A stretch of DNA of 64,000 nucleotides, taken from positions 1,240,001 through 1,304,000 of the forward strand of contig CAVNZM010000002.1 of the NCBI GenBank assembly GCA_963693365.1. The letters run 5' to 3'. The notes beneath the pieces were generated by a model. The model was not told the origin of the DNA. It did no database searches and saw nothing but the letters and a program-made list of their open reading frames with translations. Both the position numbers and the translations under genes were made by a program. Positions 1-11,349 of this stretch are shown one piece after another (position 1 is the stretch's first letter; every line of letters begins with the position of its first letter). The DNA is from Amoebidium appalachense. Lineage: Eukaryota; Protista; Ichthyosporea.

Positions 1-480
1 CTTTTATCGTGCGCCTGCACGAGCTAAGTCGATCTACTCAACTAATATATTTATCCAAGTCTCACCCCTCACCCTCCCCCTAGTGGCACCGCAGAGTCTA
101 AATCTACATTTCATACTATCCTCCCCCCCCCTCCCTCCCCCCCTTTCCTCTACATCTACATATATAAATACGTTTGGCAACATACACTATCTAACCTTGC
201 CAATACTTACAAAAGGGCTTCTGCCCGAACAATCACATTCCTAAGTCCTCCTACGATCTATCCTACACACTAATTAGAATTCTATTGGACGGCTGTCCCG
301 GCTGACGTGGTCCAATGCCCTGCGCCGGCAGAGGCAAGATGCACGCAGCTGTACAGCTATCTTGAGGCCCCGGACTTGATCTTGATGATCTGTGGACCCG
401 GGCCACCCCCCCCCCCCCCCCCCCCCCCGATCTCGATCGTAGACTTAGGCTAATCTGCTGAGACGGATTAGTATATGTCA
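1..480 (-). repeat. 3' LTR of Gypsy-1 (truncated by window edge)
   Basis: Matches ~24694-25170; begins TGACATATAC on the minus strand. Confidence 0.93.
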
Positions 481-499
481 ACTCCCCCCCCCGGCCCCC
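481..499 (-). other. Polypurine tract of Gypsy-1
   Basis: Minus strand GGGGGCCGGGGGGGGGAGT immediately before LTR TGACA. Confidence 0.8.
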
Positions 500-685
500 G
501 GAAAAGCTGAGTCCCACCTCAGTCACATTACATCTAACACCCCCTAAAAAGACATAGACTAATCAGTCTCCTAAAAAAAAATTAAATTAAATAAATTACG
601 AAGAAAAATAATAAATTAATCTACACCATAAGCTTGATACCTACGGAGACACCTATGATAATAAATTAAATTCCTACGACTACGT

Positions 686-2740
686 TCACACTCCTCCTCG
701 GTCTCCTCCCCTCCCTCCCCCTCCCCCCGTGTGTCTACGTGTATTTGCATCACTCCCCCCCCCGGCCCCCTCCCCCACCGACTTTTTCACACCACGATTA
801 AACTGAGGAATAACTCTCTTTGGCCGAGAGGGCCCGGGAGCACTAGGCAACTCCCTCTGCACTAATCTAGCCTCATAAGCACGAATAGAAAACGGGCAAT
901 CCAAATGAAACTCAGGCAACCACTGATCTTCCTGATAACCTCCCTCAAAACGAATTAAATAATAATTTACCTTACCTTCCTTACCTTCGATAACCTTTTT
1001 ATCCATAATTTTATCTACTGCAGCCTCCGATACATCCACCGACCCGTCATAGTCGGGGGTGAATGCATCTAACACTCGACGGCCCTCCGGCCGTTTAACC
1101 CTAAGGGCCCTATCATAATATTCCTTTATATCATCTACATTATAAAATCTAACATCACTCTCATTATCTAACCTCTGCACCTTATATTCCGTCGGACCTA
1201 ACCTAGCCACTATTTTATACAGGCCAATGAAAAGAGGCAACCATTTCTTACCATACTTACGAAGACCTTCACCTTCACCCTTACCTTCCTGCTCCTGCTT
1301 ATATCTCTTTTTCCTAGTATGATCCCTAATTAAAACTAAAGTACCCTCGGCAAATTCACGTAACGGACGTGTGGACACGTCTGCACGTGTCTGTGCCTGC
1401 TGTGTACGGGCCAGAGCTGCATCACGTGCAGCCCGGGCCCGGGTTAGTAGCTGCTCCCGGAACTCAGTCCAGTGGGGATAGGTTAGTCGGTCAGCCCCCC
1501 CCATCGGCAAAAGTGCCGTATCTAACAACCTAATAGCCTCCTGCCCATAGACCAAATAAAACGGAGAAAAACCAGTCACAGCATGAGGGGTAGAATTATA
1601 TGAATGAGCAATAAACCTAGACATATGATCCCAATCATTAGCCTCCACATCCACCATTTTGCCAAAGGACTTCTGAAACACTGCATGCACACGTTCAGAC
1701 TCTGAGATGGCATTTGCTTGAGGGTGATATGCAGACGTAGTGATATGAGCTACCCTTAAAATTTTACACACCTCCGACACCAACTGATTTAAAAACACAC
1801 GACTCCTATCCGTTAACAAAACACGAGGACAACCAAACCTAAGACAAATTTCATCCACAAAAATACGAGCAAACAAAACGGCATTAGCAGTGGGGAGAGG
1901 AAAAACTTCAACCCAACGAGTGGCCACATCGGTGACGGTAACAAGAACAGTGTTACCCTCAACCGTAGAATTAAAAGGACCGACCACATCCACTGCTACC
2001 CTTTCAAACATACGAACATTAAAATCCCTAATAAACGACGGGCGGGAACGAGAGTGGGGACTCTCATTCCTTTCCTGACAATGCATGCATGACAACACAT
2101 AATCCCTCACCTCCCTACTCATACCCGGCCAAAAATACGAACGATTAACACGAAGCAACGTCCTATTTACACCTAAATGACCAGCCATGGGATGCTCATG
2201 CACCATATGCAAAACCTCAGGCACAAGTGCCGTCGGGACCCAAACTCGGTGTCCGTCTGGCCCAGAACAATGATAAACTAAATCCTGCTCTACCTGACAC
2301 ATTTTTGCTAACTTAGCTACCTTAATCCTCTGCCTTTTATTTTTAAATTTAATCGAATCAACCGGCCCCTTTAAATAATTCTTAACCAGACCAATCAACA
2401 CATCTACCTCCTGAGCTAAGATCAAAGCCGTAGGTGCTAAGGCAGGGGCCGAGCCATGAGACTCGGTCCCGACCTCAGACACTGACAAATACCTCCCCCC
2501 CCCTCTCCTACACTTATAAGCAAGCAACCCCGGAACCCAAGAAGACACATCCACAGACACAGCATCTATTCCTTTCTGCTCACTCTCCCCCCCCTTCCCC
2601 CCCCCTCCCCCCCCGTCTCTCACTAGCCCCCCCCTCCCCCTCCTTCTCTTCTTCAAACAAAATATAAGCAGCACGAGAGAGAGCATCACAGTCAACCATT
2701 GTTTCACCCTTGGCATAAAACAATTTATAGGAGAACTCAC
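686..2740 (-). CDS. Gypsy-1 pol: integrase (HHCC, DDE core) plus C-terminal chromodomain; frameshifted relative to RT/RH
   Basis: HEHPMAGHLG...CMHC; VAVDVVGP, LTDR, AYHPQANAISESER; chromo-like VDKIMDKK...YYLIRFEGGYQEDQWLPE. Confidence 0.93.
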   Translation of the reverse strand: MSSPINCFMPRVKQWLTVMLSLVLLIFCLKKRRRGRGGLVRDGGGGGGKGGESEQKGIDAVSVDVSSWVPGLLAYKCRRGGGRYLSVSEVGTESHGSAPALAPTALILAQEVDVLIGLVKNYLKGPVDSIKFKNKRQRIKVAKLAKMCQVEQDLVYHCSGPDGHRVWVPTALVPEVLHMVHEHPMAGHLGVNRTLLRVNRSYFWPGMSREVRDYVLSCMHCQERNESPHSRSRPSFIRDFNVRMFERVAVDVVGPFNSTVEGNTVLVTVTDVATRWVEVFPLPTANAVLFARIFVDEICLRFGCPRVLLTDRSRVFLNQLVSEVCKILRVAHITTSAYHPQANAISESERVHAVFQKSFGKMVDVEANDWDHMSRFIAHSYNSTPHAVTGFSPFYLVYGQEAIRLLDTALLPMGGADRLTYPHWTEFREQLLTRARAARDAALARTQQAQTRADVSTRPLREFAEGTLVLIRDHTRKKRYKQEQEGKGEGEGLRKYGKKWLPLFIGLYKIVARLGPTEYKVQRLDNESDVRFYNVDDIKEYYDRALRVKRPEGRRVLDAFTPDYDGSVDVSEAAVDKIMDKKVIEGKEGKVNYYLIRFEGGYQEDQWLPEFHLDCPFSIRAYEARLVQRELPSAPGPSRPKRVIPQFNRGVKKSVGEGAGGGSDANTRRHTGGGGGRGGDRGGV

Positions 2741-3698
2741 CGAGAGCCGCGGCCCACTTCTGCATCCTCTCGTTGACCAGACGAGTGGTGCCGGCCATGG
2801 CTAGGCAGGGCTTGTGGTCGGTGTAGACCTCAAACGTCCTGCCTGCGAGTATATACCTCCATGCCTGTGAGACTGCCCAAAAGATAGCATGGGACTCTCT
2901 CTCCGGATTGCTATATCTACGTTCACTTTTACTAAATGAACGACTAGCATAAGCAATCACTCTATCCTGCCCCTCCTGCACTTGATATAACACGGCCCCC
3001 TCAGCAACCTTACTTGCATCACACCGAACTTTAAACACCCCCCCCCCGGCCGAAAAATCAGGATGAACAAGCATACTCGAAGACTGCAAAGCTAACTTAA
3101 GCTTTTCGAAAGCAGAAACAGCATCAACATTCCAATCTATTCTATTCTTCTTCTCCCCCCCCGTCTGACTAGTTAACGGCAAAGCAAGCATACTATAATC
3201 CTTAATATAACGACGAAGATAATTAGTTAAACCTAAAAATTGCCTTAGTTGAGTGACAGTCTGAGGACGGGGCCACTCAACTATGGCCCGGATTTTCTCC
3301 GGATCAGGGGCAAGACCATTACTAGACACAATATGACCTAAAAACTTAACCTCCGGCACACCAATCACAGTCTTGCTACCGCTAATGCGAAGACCAGACT
3401 CACCCAAAGCTAAAAAGACTTTTTCACAATTATTAACTAGCTCCTCAAATGACCTACCTTTAATTAAAACATCATCCAAATAAGGGTGGCATACATCCAA
3501 ATGAGGGTGGAGAATTTTATACATTACCCGGCACAACATAGCTGGAGAGGAGAGCAAACCCATCGGCACCACCTTGTACTGGAACAGCTGATCGCCCAGT
3601 GCAAAGGCAGTCTTCTCCTTGCTGCTCTCCTCCAACCTTATCTGCCAAAAAGCTGCTTTTAAATCAAGTTTAGCAAAGTGAGTATAGCCGTGCAGCGC
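2580..3698 (-). CDS. Gypsy-1 pol: RT C-terminal part and RNase H
   Basis: ALHGYTHFAKLDLKAAFWQI, KTAF, PMGL, YLDDVLI, FLGH; RNase H CDASK, IAYASR, ERE, YTDHKP, DALSR. Confidence 0.95.
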   Translation of the reverse strand, partial: ALHGYTHFAKLDLKAAFWQIRLEESSKEKTAFALGDQLFQYKVVPMGLLSSPAMLCRVMYKILHPHLDVCHPYLDDVLIKGRSFEELVNNCEKVFLALGESGLRISGSKTVIGVPEVKFLGHIVSSNGLAPDPEKIRAIVEWPRPQTVTQLRQFLGLTNYLRRYIKDYSMLALPLTSQTGGEKKNRIDWNVDAVSAFEKLKLALQSSSMLVHPDFSAGGGVFKVRCDASKVAEGAVLYQVQEGQDRVIAYASRSFSKSERRYSNPERESHAIFWAVSQAWRYILAGRTFEVYTDHKPCLAMAGTTRLVNERMQKWAAALGEFSYKLFYAKGETMVDCDALSRAAYILFEEEKEGEGGASERRGGRGGEGGGE

Positions 3699-3759
3699 CC
3701 GGCCCGGCCCGCCGCCGCCGCCGCCCGCATCAGCAAACTTCATCCGGCATCCGAAACCC

Positions 3760-4720
3760 ATTAAAAACCCATTAAAGATATCATAAACCCATAAACCCAT
3801 CTTTTTGCCACTCTTTATCCCCCTCTTGTCTTTTAGATAACATAACAGCATCGTTTTGCTATCACGGGTTTTCTGGATATCATTTTGGTATCTTTTGCTA
3901 GATATCAAAATGATCTCATAATGGGCTCATACGGAGCACCCTGAACCCATCGTTGTTCTATCCTGTGTTCCATGTATTCAACAACCTCGTTATATCCGTA
4001 TGATACCATTATGATAGTCTATTTGATATCATAAAATCTTTTTAGTCTGATGTTCAGAAGCGTTTTAGACATAATAAAGATATCTCTAATAGCGGATTAG
4101 GAGCCCTTCCCCATATCCTTATGGTAGCTATCACATATCCTTACGATATATATGATAATCGATCATAAGATACATATATATCTATATGATATCATTTCGA
4201 GGTCATTATAGGAGGTTTCGTATATGGCAATACATCTATAAGATACTATTACAGATGTCCTTTTCATATACAACGGATAGGTATAGGATGCCGAAAACAT
4301 TATCTAAAGATCATACGTTAAATGTCATAACGATATAAGCCTCATAACATAAAGATAACTAGGATGGGTCAAAAGAAATTTCGTAATAATATCGTTTTGA
4401 TAGTTTTAGGAGCCTTTAAAGATATGAGAAGTTCTGGCTGTATGTCCTCTACACGACATCTTTCTAGTATCTGTTACATATCGTTAAAACATATAGTAGT
4501 TTATCAGCTAACCATTCCTTATGATATTAGTAGCATATCGTTAACATAACTCTGTCACATCTTTTTGACATACAGCACATATATCAAAACGATAAATTTA
4601 AGGTATAATTAAGATTTATTAAGAATGATTTTCGCAATATAGTTATATTATCCTTTTCATATCATTATGTTATGTCTTGATATATATGATTGAGCCATTT
4701 TCAAAGTTGATATCATCCAG
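3760..4720. repeat. Left subterminal region rich in GATATC/GATAT motifs
   Basis: AT-rich, non-coding, dense GATA/TATC words; mirrored in composition at ~18400-20700. Confidence 0.6.
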
Positions 4721-4919
4721 ACGTCGTTTCCGATCACTGTTTGATGTCGTTTTGCCCCCCCCCCACCGCCCCCCCCCCGCCCCTCACCCCTTTCGAACCT
4801 GCCTGTCACGTGGTCATATGTCGTCGAGCCGCTGATTACAGATCCATTTTCTGCAGACACGTCCCACTGGAACGTGTCAACTATAACTCATCTATTATCT
4901 TTTACGTAGGGTTATGTCC

Positions 4920-5225
4920 CACTGGGGCGTGTCTGTCACTTCAAATATTTTCTAAGACAAATATTTTCTAAGACAAATACTAAGACAAATATTTTTAAAG
5001 ACATGTCCTCGGGACATGTCTTGGGACATGTCTTCACACAATTTATTCGAACTACGAAAACACACAAAATAAATACACAGACACACACAAAATAATAATA
5101 ATAATAATAAAAATACTAAAAAGCTCTGTTACTTTTTTCTCTTCGCACACACACACACAAAAAAAAAGAAAAAAAGAAAAAAAAAGAAAAGTCACTCTTT
5201 TGTGTGTGTGTGTGTGTGTGTGTGG
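4920..5225 (+). repeat. ~280-bp direct repeat, copy 1
   Basis: CACTGGGGCGTGTCTGTCACTTCAAATATTTTCTAAGAC...GTCACTCTTTTGTGTG recurs at 13311-13580. Confidence 0.9.
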
Positions 5226-5262
5226 TGGTGGTGGTGGTGGTGGTGGTGGTGGTGGTGGTGGT

Positions 5263-5300
<38 letters not shown>

Positions 5301-5301
5301 G

Positions 5302-8300
5302 CTATTTTGCCCTCTTCTTGTCGAGGTCTTCGTCGCCCTCCAAGCTGTTCTTGCGCTTGCGTCCCCTCTCTCTCGTCCTCGCCCTCGCCCTCGCCCTCGC
5401 CCTCATCGCCCTCGCGGCTGCCCTCATGATCGCTGTTCTCATGCTCGCTGCTGTCTTGGCCTCCCTTCTTGCTCTCGCCTTCACTGTTATCGCTCGCGTT
5501 CAACTGCTCGTCAACGTCATCCACGCTCATGGCGCCGTCATGCTCGGCGGGAATGGTCTTGGGGGCGGCGCTGGCGTCGGATTCGTCGACGGCGCGGGCG
5601 GCAGCGGCCTTGGCGTCAGCGGCATCTCTCCGCTTCTGGAACTGCTCGTAGACCTTGATGTACTATTTGGGAAGCATTTTTATTGTTAGTGGGTATATTT
5701 GGTATAGGGTTTATTTGGGGGGGGGGGGGGGGGGGGGGGGGGCTCAACGACAATTTAACCACAACACATAAACATAAAGTGAATTCAGAGATCACAGCAT
5801 GACGTACCATCACAAGACCATGGATGCAAAAAATGCAAACCAGAGGGATGCAACCTTTGTGTGTGTGTTTGAGGGGGGGGGGGGTGTCATGTGCTGAGCT
5901 GATTCGTATTAGTTTACTTCTATATTTTGTGTTTTGGTGAGTTAATTTCGGGGGTTTTCTTGCATAGTGATGCCGGGGTCTAAATGGGGTATGAGGAGAT
6001 TAATCAGTGGTATGGGGAGAATCTGATGCAGCGGCGGCTGATTGTTTGGTGCGCGCGTGCATGCCCCATGCCTCTGCGTACTCTCCATGTTAAATGTTGT
6101 ATTGCTTCTTGCTGTGTGCGTGGCGAGACCCATGTTGCCTGCTCGCGTGTGTGTATGCTTATATGTATTGTGAGTAAACGTGTGTACGTGTTGTAGTGCT
6201 GTAGGGGTGTCTGAGGTCGCGGTAGCCAATGGTGTGGAGTGCGTGTAGTCTGTGGGGGAGGGAGTGTTGTGATTGGCTGAATGTCACTGTGGTATTTGTC
6301 TGGCCAGTGGGCCGCGTGTCTGTGAAGTGTCTCGCGGGGTCGCGGGCTTTTGGAAGTTCTTCTCAGAACACAAAAAACTCGCTTCCCACCCAACTCAAAG
6401 AAAAGTTTATACGTATACACGGTTTCGAGCCCCTTTAAGCGTGCAGATAGTTAGAGTAGTTCATATACACTCTGTTTGTTGCCACGACAAGCTACACCCC
6501 CTTTCTCTGCAGTTTTTTGCAGGGAGGGGGCACACGCACTGTTAGTCCTTCTGGGCTGTTGCTTTCACCCCTAGTTTTTTTTTTCTTTCACGCCTAGCGG
6601 TTATGAGTGGCTTTGACTTAGGACTTTTTCGACAGTTAGAGGTAGAAGAAACATACGCACACACAGGCCTACAGCTAGCAACAGTTGGCATAGGCAACTT
6701 GAGCAGTAGGACTAGTATCACAGGGGACTTAGTCCTCGCTAAGGACCTTGACCTCCCTAGGTGACTTAGCAAGCTCAGGGCCGTTTGCCCAGCAGAGGCC
6801 TCAGAGGGGACCGGCGGCAGTCACCCTCCCCACGGCGCTACCAGCCCTACCAGCCACGGCCACAACGGGATAACAGATGGGCCAGGCTGGCGTCTTTGGG
6901 GCGGGACAGCAAGAGCCGGCGCCAGGCTCTTTCCCAGGCACCTGTGACAACTGCAAGGAGCGGGGGCAACGCGTGGTGTAAACAGCCCCGTCGTGGGGGG
7001 CAGGGACGTCGGTGACCGTGTTGCTGGTATGAAGGTTTTATTAGGGGGTAGGCCATCTCTTGGGTTGTTGTTGTTGTAATACTATGGGAGTAACTGTTGT
7101 GTGGTGTTATTTTTCGGCGAGTTTTCTACTGGTGCCTGGCGTTTTCGACGTGTGTATGAGTCCTGTGTTGGCGACGTGTGTGGTTAGGGTCAGTGGAATA
7201 GAAAGTCCTGCTGCTGTCTGGGAGCTCGGCCCTCTGACGAGGGGGCTGGGGGGGGGTCGAAGTGTAGTCATGGCAGTGGCAGGCCCCCACTGTTGTGAAC
7301 CCCCGTCGTCAAAGGGCCTGGTGCTGAGGCCCCTTGGAGTGGCTGCCCTGGGCCTGGTGTTGAGGCCCTTTGGAGTGGCTGCCCGTAGTGTTGTTGAGTA
7401 GTGTTGTGGTGCCCAGTGCAGCAGTAGGCCTTAGACACACCGCTGGGTAGGGCACGGTTGGGGCGGAGGCATTCCCAAACCACCGGGACCTACGTAGTAG
7501 GAGTCTTTGTCGGGTAGAGGAATGGCCAGCAAGAGAGTCTGGAGGTGTACGTCACATGAGTCTGGAGGTGTTCGTCACGGCATGTTTGGTTGTGTTAGGA
7601 ATTCTTTGGGGATGGGGCATGCTGAGTGTGGTTGTATGGATGGTGTCTGTTATCATGTCTGTTGCTATGTTCCACTCGATATAACATTGTGCCAGGGGCA
7701 TGGGGTTTTGGGTGCAGATTGTGGACGGGGGCAGAGGTGCATCTACAGGGCAACGTCAGTGGCGGTTCATAATTATCCTTGTTTTGGGGTTGGGTTGGGT
7801 ATTAACCATGGTGGGGTGGTGTGTGGATGTATGTATATGTTTTATGTTATATGTTAAATGTTGCTTCCTGCATGGGTAGCGGTAGTTGTAGTCGCTCAGC
7901 ACATAACTTTATTTTGTTTTTAGGTAGTTTTTACTGAGGTGGAACTCAGTTATTTTCTGTGCGAGGGGGGAGTTGTCATGTGCTGAGCTGATTCGTATTA
8001 GTTTACTTCTATATTTTGTGTTTTGGTGAGTTAATTTCGGGGGTTTTCTTGCATAGTGATGCCGGGGTCTAAATGGGGTATGAGGAGATTAATCAGTGGT
8101 ATGGGGAGAATCTGATGCAGCGGCGGCTGATTGTTTGGTGCGCGCGTGCATGCCCCATGCCTCTGCGTACTCTCCATGTTAAATGTTGTATTGCTTCTTG
8201 CTGTGTGCGTGGCGAGACCCATGTTGCCTGCTCGCGTGTGTGTATGCTTATATGTATTGTGAGTAAACGTGTGTACGTGTTGTAGTGCTGTAGGGGTGTC

Positions 8301-9325
8301 TGAGGTCGCGGTAGCCAATGGTGTGGAGTGCGTGTAGTCTGTGGGGGAGGGAGTGTTGTGATTGGCTGAATGTCACTGTGGTATTTGTCTGGCCAGTGGG
8401 CCGCGTGTCTGTGAAGTGTCTCGCGGGGTCGCGGGCTTTTGGAAGTTCTTCTCAGAACACAAAAAACTCGCTTCCCACCCAACTCAAAGAAAAGTTTATA
8501 CGTATACACGGTTTCGAGCCCCTTTAAGCGTGCAGATAGTTAGAGTAGTTCATATACACTCTGTTTGTTGCCACGACAGGGGGGGGGGGGGGGGGGTTCT
8601 TGTCTACACCAATAGCACGTCACATGTCTGCTTTGTGTAGAGGGGGAAGGGTGTGTGTGTGTGGGGGGGGGGGGGGGGGGGGGGGGACCGGGGATCTCCT
8701 GCTTATCTACAACAATCATCTTTGAAAAATAGGTATAATAGATGAGATGACGTGTTGCTATGGTGGGGAGAGGGGGGGGATGGGAAGTAGTGGGATAAAA
8801 GCTGCAACACACCAGCTTGATATTGTCGGGACTTGCTCCACCGTCGTATGTTGGCTCCTTGGCACGGTAAGAAAAGTTGGACCACTTGGCATTGTCAGAT
8901 TGATGCATGCTGGTGCACTTCAGCGACTCCTCGATGATGTTGACGACCAAGGAGAAAAACTCCGGCTTCTGCTTTGCAATCTCCTGCCGAACAACAAGTA
9001 AGATTAGGCTGAATCAAAATGCAGAAATTCCCTCTATTAATAACCGGATATAGGAATAATGTCTTTGTGATATACAAACGATATAATATGGATATTCTCT
9101 AAAATATCATATATTTAAGAGGATATCCATATGGGGGTTTACGCTGTTTACTCGAGGCAAAGAGAACCAGTCTCAGGTATGGGGGGGGTTTTGCTCGGAA
9201 TATCCCCTCAGCGGTATATCATGATCACGTACATAGATGTCGGGTGGTGACTATATATCAGGGTTTACTTTCTCTACGAGACACCATAAAGACTACAAGG
9301 AGAAATCAATTAGTTGGGGTTCCCC

Positions 9326-9376
<51 letters not shown>

Positions 9377-9437
9377 TTTTAATTTTAATTTTAATTTTTT
9401 TAAAGGGGCTTCCCTCGGGACACTCGGTATCAGCTGG

Positions 9438-9495
<58 letters not shown>

Positions 9496-11147
9496 TTTGT
9501 GTGTGTGTGTGCGCTATAATTTTGTAGTGATGTGTTTCTCAAGCCAATCAATACATCTAATAAACAGGTCGTAGTTACGCGTGTTTAGTATAAAATCAAG
9601 GGTGTTGTAATTTACAGGTAGGCTATCTTTCTGGGTGTCTGTTGTGAATGTGACGTGTGTGTGTTGCGGTATTATGTGGTCTATCAAACTACATTTGGCG
9701 ATACATGACCGGTTAAACTGGTGTGTGTGTGTGTTGTTTGGGCATGCAAATGATGCCACCTTATACTTATTAGATCTCCACTGTATAGCACGTGTACAGT
9801 AAAAGCGTGGTAATTGATCAATAATACCATCAGCTAGAGAAAGACCAGTTCTACAGGAAGGTAATATGTATTTAGGTGTTATACACTTGCGAGTGCCATA
9901 TTTGGCAATATGGTTGAGGCGGTCAGTATATATAAAACGAGACATAAGGCTTAGTTTTTCAAGGTGTATGCTTTCATCGGGTCTAGTGTCGTGTGGTATC
10001 TTTTTCCATTTGTTATATTGCGTGATTATCTTGTGATTGTGTACATGTTTAATAAGTAAGTGGCAGTCCAAAGTCACACACACACTATTGCGGGGTTTAT
10101 TTGTATTTGTGCCCAGGGGAGAAGGGGAGAGAGAGGGGAGGAAAGAGGGGGGAGGTGAGGAGGGGACAGGTCGGATAGAGAAGAGAGGGTGGGAGGGCAA
10201 ATACTTCTTTAAGCGGCTTATGTGCTTATTGAATTTCAGCGCGAGATAGGATACTCTAGCAGCTATTGGGACATATTATACCACGATAATTAAGAGGATA
10301 TCCATATTATATCGTTTGTATATCACAAAGTCGCTATTCCTATATCCGTTTCCACAATAACATATTAAAATGGTCCACAACATGAAATATTCCAATCAAA
10401 GAGGTCTATGACCTCATTATATGGGATTGGAACATTACAAGGACGTTATTGCTATAACCGTTTCAACAAAGAGACATTAAAATGGTCTAATTGGGTGCCA
10501 TATCATGATATGTTCATCTCTGACGTCTTCTTATCAAAGGGCACAGATAGCAAAGTTTGGGGTTGGGCGCGGGGGCGGGGCGGGGGGGAAGAGGGGGGGG
10601 GGGGGGGGGGGGAAGGTTATACCAACGCCGTCATCTTCCCGCAGACGTCCTTGATCGCCTTCATGGATATGGTGCTGAACAAGCGGGTGAAGGATTGAGC
10701 GCCGTAGGGGTTGAGGCTCTCCGGGTCGGCGCTGAACCTCTGGCCACATGGCTTGCCCTCCACAATGACCTCCTTCAGAAGTGAGGGCCACTTCTCGACA
10801 CGCACCTCGCCGGCGGGCGCCCAATGAAACAGCTGTAGGAAATAAATACAAGATAAAGTTAGCAGGCATCGGAACAGGGAAACTCAGGTATTTGCTATGT
10901 GAATGGAGGGTGGGGTTGGGTGTGGGTGTGTAGTTTGGTTTGGCTTGGTTTGGTTTTTTTTTTTTTTTTTTTTTTTTTTGGGGGGGGGGGGGGGGGGTCC
11001 AAGGAGTTATTTCCGACAGGGGGAGAGGAGGGAGTAGATGCCATGGAGAATCCAAATCAAACCAAAGTATATGTGCGGGCAACCCAATGATATACAAGAG
11101 TCTAAATGACACACCTTCACAGACGCTTGTTTGGAGGGGGTTGGTGT

Positions 11148-11196
<49 letters not shown>

Positions 11197-11318
11197 TATG
11201 TAGGGAAGCCGTGACAATACTCTAGTGCATGCATATTTTCTAAACAATTAATTCAGGCAAGAATTGCTAGTTGGGCCCAATGTCTGTGTTCTTTTACTTT
11301 TTATTTTTTATTATTTTT

Positions 11319-11349
<31 letters not shown>

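Noticed and set aside
2580-2740. Programmed frameshifts in Gypsy-1 pol (also ~21200-21320 and ~22700-22970)
   Set aside because: Breaks fall in or near C/G runs; error or decay cannot be excluded.
3699-3728. GCC-rich tract as a functional in-frame linker
   Set aside because: Sits where CACAGCCGCT and a TSD are expected; likely consensus error or slippage.
9405-9440. Hammerhead ribozyme in the LINE trailer (CTGATACCGAG... on minus)
   Set aside because: No CUGANGA plus GAAA core with supporting stems.
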